Shown piece after piece: positions 48,801 through 61,265 of a stretch of 64,000 bases of DNA. The position numbers were made by a program, and so were the translations under genes. Below the pieces are notes generated by a model. It worked only from the letters and a program-made list of their open reading frames with translations, ran no database searches and was not told the DNA's origin. Every line of letters begins with the position of its first letter. Positions within the stretch are counted from its first letter, which is position 1. Origin of the DNA: Hormiphora californensis (taxonomy: Eukaryota; Animalia; Ctenophora); contig CM035361.1 in NCBI GenBank assembly GCA_020137815.1, positions 4,588,001 to 4,652,000 of the forward strand. The letters are read 5' to 3'.

Positions 48801-51800
48801 CATTGCACAAAAACTGTATAACCCCTCTCTTCAGTTCGAACTGTCTCTCAGGGTTATCTCTTCTTAGTTTTTCAAGTGTCTGTAGATTCTCTCTTCTCTC
48901 TCGTCTCTCCTCAATGGTCCGATCTGGACAGAGATACACTCTGCTGTAGATTTCACTACTTCTCAGCTGTCGGGCCTTCCTCAGTAGAGTCAGAACACTG
49001 TCTCTAGACTCCAAGGTGACCCTGATGGGCCGAGTTTTCCCTTCAGCGGCGGTTCCAAGTCTACAAGATGATGATATAGGAGGCTTCTCGTCGAGCTCCT
49101 CAAAAACAGTCAGTACACGATCAGTAACTGTCTCGTTCTCCTCCTCTGGCAGGCCAAAAACAATAAGGTTCTTAGCTCTGCTATCTTCTTTGGGGGGCTG
49201 CGGTGTGCGGAGAGCCGCCCCAATCTTCCTCGGTGCGGTAGCTGCTGCACAGTTTTGGGCCACTACAGCAGACCAAGAATTAAGGTCTTTCTGTACAGTC
49301 TCAGTTACAGATCTCACAGATTTCAATTCCTCGCTCTGCATGTCGATAATCTGCTTTTGGAGCTGATTTACTTCTCGCTGGCATTTCAACAGTTCATCTT
49401 TCAGTGAGGTCATTTCCTCTGTCATTGATGAGTTGGCTGACCTAAAACTTTCCTCAGCCTCAGCAGCCTCAACATGGACCTCTTTTCCTTTCTTGTTACT
49501 GACAGCGTCATTGTACACGCGGAACAGTACTTTATGAAAAAGGAGGTAATAGCACTTCCCCAGGGCACGTCTCATCTCCTCCTCACTCATTTCCTTAATC
49601 TCGGAGTCACGGGTTCTGCCAATCACTAGACCCTTGCGGGCCTTCCTATACAGGTCACGTACAGTATCCCAGTTGTTGTCATCCTCGTCCGCGTCATCAA
49701 GTCTTAGTACCTGTGCCAACTCTGCAATGTCATGACAAAGGTGTCTGGCCGCTATTTTATGCAGATCAATCGTTAGATGTTTTCCACTCCGCATAAGTAG
49801 CTCGTCATTAGAGCGGTTGCTCATCACGGTGCGTGTACAAAGGTGACAAGGTCGCAGGTGGACGTGTGGGTGTCTATCTGTGGAGAGGGTTCACACTGGA
49901 CAACGTTATGAACCAGTGCTTTGCTACACACAAGGTATGTGACTAGGGGGGAGGGAGGGGTGGGCATGGCTAGGAGGGGGAAAGAGTGGTTTGCCGGAGG
50001 AGAGAGAGGGGTGGGATGGTGGGGTGGTGGACGTGTGGGTGTCTATCTGTGGAGAGGATTTACCCTGGACAATGTTATGAACCAGTGCTTTGCTACACAC
50101 AAGGTATGTGACTAGGGATGGGTGGGCATGGCTAGGAGGGGGAAAGAGTGGTTTGCCGGAGGAGAGAGGGGGGTGGGGGTGGTGGGTTGGTGGACGTGTG
50201 GGTGTCTATCTGTGGAGAGGGTTCACACTGGACAACGTTATGAACCAGTGCTTTGCTACACACAAGGTATGTGACTAGGGGGAGGGAGGGGTGGGCATGG
50301 CTAGGAGGGGGAAAGAGTGGTTTGCCGGAGGAGAGAGAGGTGGGGGTGGTGGGGTGGTGGACGTGTGGGTGTCTATCTGTGGAGAGGGTTTACACTGGAC
50401 AACGTTATGAACCAGTGCTTTGCTACACACAAGGTATGTGACTAGGGGGAGGGAGGGGTGGGCATGGCTAGGAGGGGGAAAGAGTGGTTTGCCGGAGGAG
50501 AGAGAGGGGGGTGGGGGTGGTGGGTTGGTGGACGTGTGGGTGTCTATCTGTGGAGAGGGTTTACACTGGACAACGTTATGAACCAGTGCTTTGCTACACA
50601 CAAGGTATGTGGGGGAGGGAGGGGTGGGCATGGCTAGGAGGGGGAAAGAGTGGTTTGCCGGAGGAGAGAGAGGGGGGTGGGGGTGGTGGGGTGGTGGACG
50701 TGTGGGTGTCTATCTGTGGAGAGGGATTTCACACTGGACAACTGTTATGAACCAGTGCTTTGCTACACACAAGGTATGTGACTAGGGGGAGGGAGGGGTG
50801 GGCATGGCTAGGAGGGGGAAAGAGTGGTTTGCCGGAGGAGAGAGGGGGGTGGGGGTGGTGGGGTGGTGGACGTGTGGGTGTCTATCTGTGGAGAGGGTTC
50901 ACACTGGACAACGTTATGAACCAGTGCTTTGCTACACACAAGGTATGTGACTAGGGGGAGGGAGGGGTGGGCATGGCTAGGAGGGGGAAAGAGTGGTTTG
51001 CCGGAGGAGAGAGAGGGGTGGGGGTGGTGGGGTGGTGGACGTGTGGGTGTCTATCTGTGGAGAGGGTTCACACTGGACAACGTTATGAACCAGTGCTTTG
51101 CTACACACAAGGTATGTTGGAATGGAGATGGAAATGTGGGGGGGGGGGGGGGGCGCTGGGAGAGGGCGTTGGTAGCTAAGGGGGGCTTTACCCTTTGCTA
51201 CACACAAGGTATGTGATAATGTAAAGGATGGTTAGAACATTTAGACACCCTGTAAACTTAGAGGGGGTTACCTGGCAGGACCTCACTGCTGAAGGGAGTG
51301 CGATTATTTCAGGGGGTGTATCATGGCCAACACTAATTCACTTAAAACACATACAATTATTTGTAGGGGTATATGTAAATTATGTAAATTATGTAAATTA
51401 ATTTATATTGATCAAACGAACACTAATTCAATACCCCCCTTTCCCCAAGGACAATACCAAGGGAAGGCAGATGCCGATCCATTACTCCGCTAAACACCTG
51501 AACATCCAAACTGTCAGCTCAACTTTGGCTACCCAGGTCCCTAATGCTGTTGGTTATGCCTACTCCAATAGGATCAGTGGTCGAGACGCGGTAAGTAATA
51601 ATAATTCAAGTTCATGAGTAAATTAAGTAATTTAACTTGTAATTTAAGTTCACGAGTAAATTAAGTAATTGTGTGCGATGTTGATTATACAAAATACAAC
51701 CTAGCATGTTCACACACACGCCCTCTGTACAACCGATGATTGGGGACATCTCACATTATCACACATACTCGGTTAATTAATTTATATTCTGAACAGTGAT

Positions 51801-52064
51801 CAATGAGATCTGAGGAAGAATTAAAATTCTGGCATGTATCATGTCAATTTCCTCGCCCCTATCCGCCTTGAAATTGAATAGGAGCAGTATAATAATAGTA
51901 GTGGTAAATTATAATGAGTAAGCATTCTACACGTAGCGACCTTGCGTTGTTTATATAATTCCTCTCATTTCCTCTATCACTTTTTACCTTTCTCTTTTTG
52001 TCTTTATCTCTCTCTCTCACTCTCTCTCACTCTCTCACTCTCTCTCTCTCTCTCTCTCTCTCAC

Positions 52065-52153
<89 letters not shown>

Positions 52154-54973
52154 GTCACTCTCCGTCTCTATGATTCTTCTTCCTTTGCTCCAGTTCTTTA
52201 CCCGTCCTAAATGTTGTAATAATATTCTCATCTCATTATTATTTGATTTTCTATTTTAGTTTGCAGCTTTCAATACCCTCTTATTATTATTTTTATTCAA
52301 ACAGAGTTAGTTTGTAGGAAATCATATATGCAGCTAAGCATCATAGAGACTCTATCTAATAACCAATCTTCCACCTTCCTTCTACCTTCCTCTAACAGGA
52401 CTCTCCCTCTATCTCCCTCTCCTATCTCCATCTCTCTATTCCTCCAATCTTCCATCTCCCTCCAACAGGACTATCCCTCTATCTCCCTCTCCTATCTCCA
52501 TCTCTCTATTCTTCCAATCTTCCATCTCCCTCCAACAGGACTATCCCTCTATCTCCCTCTCCTATCTCCATCTCTCTATTCCTCCAATCTTCCATCTCCC
52601 TCCAACAGGACTATCCCTCTATCTCCCTCTCCTATCTCCATCTCTCTATTCCTCCAATCTTCCATCTCCCTCCAACAGGACTATCCCTCTATCTCCCTCT
52701 CCTATCTCCATCTCTCTATTCCTCCAATCTTCCATCTCCCTCCAACAGGACTATCCCTCTATCTCCCTCTCCTATCTCCATCTCTCTATTCCTCCAATCT
52801 TCCATCTCCCTCCAACAGGACTATCCCTCTATCTCCCTCTCCTATCTCCATCTCTCTATTCCTCCAATCTTCCATCTCCCTCCAACAGGACTATCCCTCT
52901 ATCTCCCTCTCCTATCTCCATCTCTCTATTCCTCCAATCTTCCATCTCCCTCCAACAGGACTATCCCTCTATCTCCCTCTCCTATCTCCATCTCTCTATT
53001 CCTCCAATCTTCCATCTCCCTCCAACAGGACTATCCCTCTATCTCCCTCTCCTATCTCCATCTCTCTATTCCTCCAATCTTCCATCTCCCTCCAACAGGA
53101 CTATCCCTCTATCTCCCTCTCCTATCTCCATCTCTCTATTCCTCCAATCTTCCATCTCCCTCCAACAGGACTATCCCTCTATCTCCCTCTCCTATCTCCA
53201 TCTCTCTATTCCTCCAATCTTCCATCTCCCTCCAACAGGACTATCCCTCTATCTCCCTCTCCTATCTCCATCTCTCTATTCCTCCAATCTTCCATCTCCC
53301 TCCAACAGGACTATCCCTCTATCTCCCTCTCCTATCTCCATCTCTCTATTCCTCCAATCTTCCATCTCCCTCCAACAGGACTATCCCTCTATCTCCCTCT
53401 CCTATCTCCATCTCTCTATTCCTCCAATCTTCCATCTCCCTCCAACAGGACTATCCCTCTATCTCCCTCTCCTATCTCCATCTCTCTATTCCTCCAATCT
53501 TCCATCTCCCTCCAACAGGACTATCCCTCTATCTCCCTCTCCTATCTCCCTCTCTCTATTCCTCCAATCTTCCATCTCCCTCCAACAGGACTATCCCTCT
53601 ATCTCCCTCTCCTATCTCCATCTCTCTATTCCTCCAATCTTCCATCTCCCTCCAACAGGACTATCCCTCTATCTCCCTCTCCTATCTCCATCTCTCTATT
53701 CCTCCAATCTTCCATCTCCCTCCAACAGGACTATCCCTCTATCTCCCTCTCCTATCTCCATCTCTCTATTCCTCCAATCTTCCATCTCCCTCCAACAGGA
53801 CTATCCCTCTATCTCCCTCTCCTATCTCCATCTCTCTATTCCTCCAATCTTCCATCTCCCTCCAACAGGACTATCACTCTATCTCCCTCTCCTATCTCCA
53901 TCTCTCTATTCCTCCAATCTTCCATCTCCCTCCAACAGGACTATCCCTCTATCTCCCTCTCCTATCTCCATCTCTCTATTCCTCCAATCTTCCATCTCCC
54001 TCCAACAGGACTATCCCTCTATCTCCCTCTCCTATCTCCATCTCTCTATTCCTCCAATCTTCCATCTCCCTCCAACAGGACTATCCCTCTATCTCCCTCT
54101 CCTATCTCCATCTCTCTATTCCTCAAATCTTCCATCTCCCTCCAACAGGACTATCCCTCTATCTCCCTCTCCTATCTCCATCTCTCTATTCCTCCAATCT
54201 TCCATCTCCCTCCAACAGGACTATCACTCTATCTCCCTCTCCTATCTCCATCTCTCTATTCCTCCAATCTTCCATCTCCCTCCAACAGGACTATCCCTCT
54301 ATCTCCCTCTCCTATCTCCATCTCTCTATTCCTCCAATCTTCCATCTCCCTCCAACAGGACTATCCCTCTATCTCCCTCTCCTATCTCCATCTCTCTATT
54401 CCTCCAATCTTCCATCTCCCTCCAACAGGACTATCACTCTATCTCCCTCTCCTATCTCCATGTGTTCATTTTATGCAATATATAATATGTGGGTATTCAA
54501 GACCCACAAAAATAACACAGTTTTGTAAATGTCTGTGTCTTATAAATGCTGCTTGCCCCGTTCCATTTCATTACTCAAAACCAGGAACCGACCGAATCAG
54601 GAAATACTGGTCCCTGATTGGCAAATAACCAGTCACGTGACCTAAATAACGAGTTCTGATTGGCTGTTTACTTGGTTCGGTCGGTTCCTGCTCAAAACAC
54701 CGAATATGGTATCATTATTCACCTGGAGCCCCCTGCTTCTGTCTGCTATATCTGTAGCTGTCATCTCTCTTTACTTTCCCTTCTTGAAGTTGTACCTCTC
54801 TCAACAATCTCTTACAAAATACTAGATATATCGACATATTATTCGTTGATATGGTGCTTAACAAAAATGCTGCTTAACAAAAATGCTTAAACTCGGTACT
54901 ATGTTTCACCCTTCCTCTCTCTCTCTCTCTCTCTCTCTCTCCTTCTTTCTCTCCCTCTCCCTCTCTCTCTCAC

Positions 54974-55057
<84 letters not shown>

Positions 55058-58000
55058 CTCTCTTTCTCTCTTTCTCCCTCTCTCTCTATATCTCTATCTC
55101 TCTGCATCTCTCTCTATATCTCTTTATTTCTGTCTTTCTGTCTTTATGCTTCATGGAAACATGCCCAGATATACGATGTTCTCTGACGCCCTCTCTTATT
55201 TGTTTTCGTGTCTCATCCCAGTTTTTATGAAGCTGCACAGTCCACACTATTCAATGTTGTTTGCCTGCCAGCCCTTTCCGTATTCACATCAGCAAATACT
55301 GGTCCCTGATTGGCTGATAACCAGTCACGTGACCTAAATAACGAGTTCTGATAGGTTGTTAACTTGTTTCGGTCAGATCCTGCTTCACAACCTAACGAGG
55401 TTTACACTGTTTGTACAATTACTAGTTTACAGTACATCACATTGTATTTCTTGGCCTGGGTTTGGCCGCTTGCCAGCGCTGTGATATTCTATTTAGCCAC
55501 CTGTTACAGATCAGTGTGTGTAACAGCTGGCAGCTATATTAATATAGGGTTCTGATCGGTGTAATTTGAGTAATATGATATTGTAATTCTCGTGTCCATT
55601 GGCCTTTGTTGTTAGTGTTGCGCTGGTGATGCTTCTTTAGTATTAAAGGGAGTGTTATATTGATGAGATAGCATGATGGATAGGGATAGAGATATTCATT
55701 TTATTCATTATCAATTCATTTTGTTATTGTTGCGTACATTTATGATTTAATTCTCCTTTTGGTATCTTTGTCTAAGCTGGAATGATTGGTGTTTCCCCGT
55801 AAATACATTATATTGCAGGAACCGACCGAAACAAGTAAACAACCAATCAGAACTCGTTATTTAGGTCACGTGACTGGTTATCAGCCAATCAGGGACCAGT
55901 ATTTCCTGATTCGGTCGGTTCCTGATATATTGCATGTAAATTGTAATAGACCATACAGTTGTTTTGTGTTTGAATTGAAGTACAATATATATCGTTTATG
56001 ACACGGTGAATTGTTTTAGTGAGAACTGAAATCTACATGAGACGACTAAGATCTCTCCGGAGTCTCTCTCCCTATGGACAGAAAATTCTCCTTCTCCTTC
56101 TTACCATTTCTCTAATCCTCTCCTTTGCCTCTCTCTTCACCTCCCTACCTTCCCTCCCGTCCTACCCAGACCCTTACCAGAACCTAGCCCTCAAATCAGA
56201 TCACACCCCTCAGTTTGACACCACAAACTTTGCAAATATCTCACAGACCCTTGAGGCGAGAGGGAACCATATCAGAGCGTTGTGCGGGCTGGAGGGGAAC
56301 CCAAATTATAAACACACCCATGGGTACTATTTTGACCAATTTGGTATCAGTTGGTTGCCCCTGCTCAACTCGGGGGAGTTACCATGGAAACGATTATTCG
56401 TTAAAACTGCACTTCCATCTGGTACATACCGCGGTGACTACTACCCATTTGAACTGTTAGAACGGTTCAGGTTCTTAGACAACAAGAACATAATCCTCAA
56501 CCCTCCTCCTACGCTCAATCACCGAAACAGGACATTTGTTGGGGAGGAGAGGGGTAGTACTAGGTTTACCAGTGATAAGGCATCCCATAGCACGGTTAGT
56601 GGAACACTACCTGTCCACAATGGGTTCTCAGTGGGAAATCAGACTAAGGAAGAAGGAATGGATCATACCTACAATTCTCCGTGCTAGGTCCAACAAGAAA
56701 TGGATATCCTCAGTCAGACGAACATTTGCGAACCAGCTAGATGTGTTCCTAGAAGGGAGATTTATATACTGATGCAACAGAGAGAAATCCCTATCTCTCT
56801 CTCCCTACTTTCCCGGAATTTGTTGATTTTGTCCTTGCACACCCTGACAACCCACAATGGAGGGCGGGCAGTAAATACTTGGATGTGTGTCAGATGGATA
56901 TTGATTATTTTGTGCAGTTTGAACGCCAGGGTGAGGAGATTCCGTTTTTGTTGCACCGCCTACAAATGTCACCGAAGTTGCTGGAAATGGTTGTGGATAG
57001 GGGGGTTGATGGTGATTTTAATGTGTGGAGAAAGATTCGTGAGCTAAGTGGGGCTCAACAGAGTAACCTCAATAAAATGTACACGACGGATTATAAATAT
57101 TTTGGGTATAAGCCCATTATTTTTGTATGAGTTTTTTATTTTTAGAAATTATATTTATGTAATCTTATGTGAAATTAAAAAATAAGAGATCATCATTATA
57201 TACTGTAAAAGAGAGATAGTAAAAAAGACAATTGTACCCACCGGTTTTGTAGTCAGGTCTGACCCAGTAATGTATGCGTGTCGTGTACAGGGTGTCCCAC
57301 TGTCTTTGTACTATCATGTGAGGAGAGGTAACTGAATTACCAAGGTCCCAGGGGAAATATATCATTTTATCCTCACGGCTGCATATAATCCTATCAGGCA
57401 GGAACCGACCGAATCAGGAAATACTGGTCCCTGATTGGCTGATAACCAGTCACGTGACCTAGATAACGAGTTCTGATTGGTTGTTTACTTGTTTCGGTCG
57501 GTGCCTGCTATCAAGTTTACCAAGTTCTATCTCATAGTTTTGTTTTGTTCTTTTATCAATTCCAAACCTCAGTCATCTATTCGCTCACAATATATAGGAA
57601 ATCAAATGCACATTATAAACCGGTACCCGCCCTCCCTGCCGACGGACCTCCCTGCCGACGGGTCGGCAGGGAGGTCATTCGGCAGGGAGGGCGGGATATA
57701 GGGGTATAATGTCCTACGTGCCGACGAGATTGGGATGAGATCGCCGTCGGCACGTAGGACATTTGACCCCTATATTCCGCCCTCCCTGCCGAAAACTCAC
57801 TCCGAGAGAGTATTCGGCAGGGAGGACATTTACCCCTCCTATTCACCCTCTGTACCGACGATCGGCAGGGAGGATATTTCACCCCTCCTTTTACACTCTG
57901 TACCGACGATCGGTAGGGAGGGCGTTTCACTCCTTCTGTGAGCTCGAGAATTTGGCCGGTAGGCCAAATACGAAGAGTTCACTGTGTATTGTTCCTCTGA

Positions 58001-61000
58001 GTATCGTTAGGGTTAGGGTTAGGGTTAGGGTTAGGGCCATAAACAATCGAATTCCTGCCAGCGAGGGCGCGGTTAAGATCAATCGATTTCCTGGCAGGCC
58101 CACGGTTAGGAACACAGTGTACGGAAATCCGATACATTTTATTTTTAAGTGCTACTTTACTTAATCACTGCTAATTAGTGGTTGAATATTTTGAAGTTTT
58201 AAGAACGGAAAAAGGGAAAATAAGGGATTATCTATCCAGCTATGTAATTTTTAGTTGAATTTTCAGATCATAACATAAGTCTATCCTTCCAGAACACCAG
58301 GTCATTTTTGGTCAATTTTGGACATAATTGATCAATTATCTAATTGACCAATTAACTTTTTTTAAGGTTAAGCTGGCCTAACCTTCACGTCTCAACGTCC
58401 TCTTTCAGATGGTGTAATTTTTTTGGAATTTTGTAAAACACATTATCACTCAGACTGCATCTAACTGTTTAGTACTAGCCTATTGTACCGTCTTCATAGT
58501 GAAGTGCAATTTCGGGTCGAAAAAGTCAATTTTGTAACAAAGTCATATCTTAACTGTTTTTAATCGAATAAATTGTTGCATTAATGTTGTCGATACAGTT
58601 ATCCGCTTATTACTACTTACTTTTATTAAGTTTTTTGGCCAAAATCGAGCCAATATAGCGTTTTTTGGTCAATTTTGGACATATATGACTAAAAAATCCC
58701 AAAAATTTTTATGCATAAATGACCTCAGACAGTGCTTGGCATCTGAAGATAACTTTCAGCTCTTTAAATGAAGTCAAACAGGTCAAAAATCACTTAGATT
58801 GGCATAAATGGTGATTTGGCCAAATTTGGCTGGCAGATCAGCATTGGTGTTAAGCTGAGCACTAACAATATGATTCTTTATTGGTTAGAAATGATCGAAT
58901 TCCGTTCAAATCATTCATATTCCGTACAACAAAACCCTGGTTAGAAAGTATCGAATTCCGTACAACACTTGAACTCTAACCAAAATATACTCCATTGGTT
59001 AGAAACTATCGAATTCCGTCCAAATCGTTCCTATTCCGTACAGGTCCTAACCGGTTAGAAAGTATCGAATTCCGTACAACACATGAACCCTAACCATTCA
59101 TACTCCGTTGGTTAGAAACGATCGAATTCCGTCCAAACCGTTCTATTTCCGTTCTATGAGGCCAGGGTTAGAAAATATCGAATTCCGTACACGCAGGGTA
59201 CTTACAATAGCACTCTCTGCACTCTTGTACGGAATTCGATAGTTTCTAACCTTGCCCGTGGACGGACATCATACAGACTGGACGGACATCCGACAAACTG
59301 TACGGATAGTAGACTCAGTGGATGCATCAGAAAGATCGGACGGATACTGCACAGTTTGTCGGATGTCCTGCCAATATGTCGTACGGATTTCGATTGTTTA
59401 TGGTGAGGGTTAGGGTTAGGGTTAGGGTTAGGGTTAGGGCGGTGGTTAGGGTTAGGGTGGTGGTTAGGGCGGTGGTTAGGGTGATGGTTAGGGCGATGGT
59501 TTGGGCTTAGTTTGGGTTATGGTTTCGTCGGCACAGAGGGTGAAAAGGAGGGGTAAATGTCCTCCCTGCCGATCGTCGGTAGTGAGGCTGAAAAGGAGGG
59601 GTAAATGTCCTCCCTGCCGACGGCCCTACTTGCCGATCGTCGGTACAGAGGGTAAAAGGAGGGGTAAAATGTCCTCCCTGCCGATCGTCGGTACAGAGGG
59701 TAAAAGGAGGGGTAAAATGTCCTCCCTGCCGATCGTCGGTACAGAGGGTAAAAGGAGGGGTAAAATGTCCTCCCTGCCGACGGCCCTCCCTGCCGATCGG
59801 TAGGGAGGTCCGTCGGCAGGGAGGGCAGAAAATAGGGGTATAATGTCCTACGTGCCGACGGCGATCTCATCCCAATTTCGTCGGCACGTAGGACATTATA
59901 CCCCCATATCTCGCCCTCCCTGCCGAATGACCTCCCTGCCGACGGGTCGGCAGGGAGGTCCGTCGGCAGGGAGGGGGTGACTCTTATAAACCACTACAAC
60001 TAACCCACCATAGTCCATACATGCAACTAACAACTGACACACAACACTATAACTGCAACTAACAACTAACACCCAGTACTATTACTGCAACTATAACAAC
60101 TAACACTAACTATTACTGCAACTATAACAACTAACACCCAGTACTATTACTGCAACTAACAACTGACACACAACACTATAACTGCAACTAACAACTAACA
60201 CGGTCGCTTGTAGTGGGAAAACGGTAATGGAAAACGAAGATACAGTAAGACGACGCGCAACCGTGACCAATCAGGGCGCTAGTACGTGCTGACACATGAA
60301 CTTTTTGCTGCGCATTATGCACCGTGCGCGTCTCCTTACTGTATTTTGCGTTACCGTATTTTGACTACAAGCAGCACTGTAACACTATAACTGTACAGGT
60401 ATCGGTAGCGTTCTTTGGGGAGGGAGCAGCTAGTGAGGGAGATGTCCATGCAACCTCTCTTCTACTTTCTCACTCTCCCCCACTCTCCACCCTCTCCACC
60501 CTCTCCACCCTCTCCACCCTCTCCACCCTCTCCACCCTCTCCACCCTCACTCCCCACTCTACCCCACTCCTCCTAACCCTCCCTCTACAACTAACTATAA
60601 CTGCACAGGTATCGGTAGCGTTCTTTGGGGAGGGAGCAGCTAGTGAGGGAGATGTCCATGCAGCGATGAATATGGCAGCAACTTTATCTTGTCCTACACT
60701 CTTTATATGCAGGTAGTCCTGCAAACTATATCTCCCCCACCCCGGCAGCCCTTAATCATATAATTGTTCAGACTCATTAAATATAAAATTAATTGATTAA
60801 AATTAATTAAAATTGTAACGTCTAATAATTGACATGTTTTTAGGAATAACGGCTACGCTATCTCCACCTCTACTAAGGACCAATATGTTGGCGATGGTAT
60901 TGTAGTTAGGGCTGTAGGTTATGGGATAAGATGCATACGAATTGATGGTAAATGATGAAAAATTGGCTCTCGAAGGATTGCAGAGGAGCGAGCGGAGCGC

Positions 61001-61071
61001 GAGGAGCGAGAGGACGCGACGAGAGAGAGGAGAGAGAGGAGGCGAGAGAGAGAGACGCAGAGAGCGCGAGA

Positions 61072-61124
<53 letters not shown>

Positions 61125-61139
61125 GCGAGCGAGACGAGA

Positions 61140-61206
<67 letters not shown>

Positions 61207-61225
61207 CAGAGCGGAAGAGCGAGAG

Positions 61226-61265
<40 letters not shown>

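Larger units (their letters stand above)
47376..51215 (+). repeat. ~169-bp tandem array of the BCKDHA exon 4 3' half plus donor (15 copies and a partial one), interrupted by a retroelement
   Basis: Each unit holds ~69 nt encoding [23 protein letters not shown], then gtatgt and a G-rich intron segment. Confidence 0.95.

Noticed and set aside
47599-51216. Many 62-99-aa ORFs containing BCKDHA peptide
   Set aside because: Repeat units lacking acceptors or credible starts; not independent genes.
52328-54628. 766-aa ORF
   Set aside because: Translation of a stop-free 70-bp satellite cycling through three frames.
55786-56001. ORFs containing [21 protein letters not shown] (also 39026-39433 tail)
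   Set aside because: Read-through of the hAT MITE.
58007-59520. True telomere or chromosome fusion point
   Set aside because: Tracts are short, in the same orientation, and inside a TSD-flanked element within an intron.
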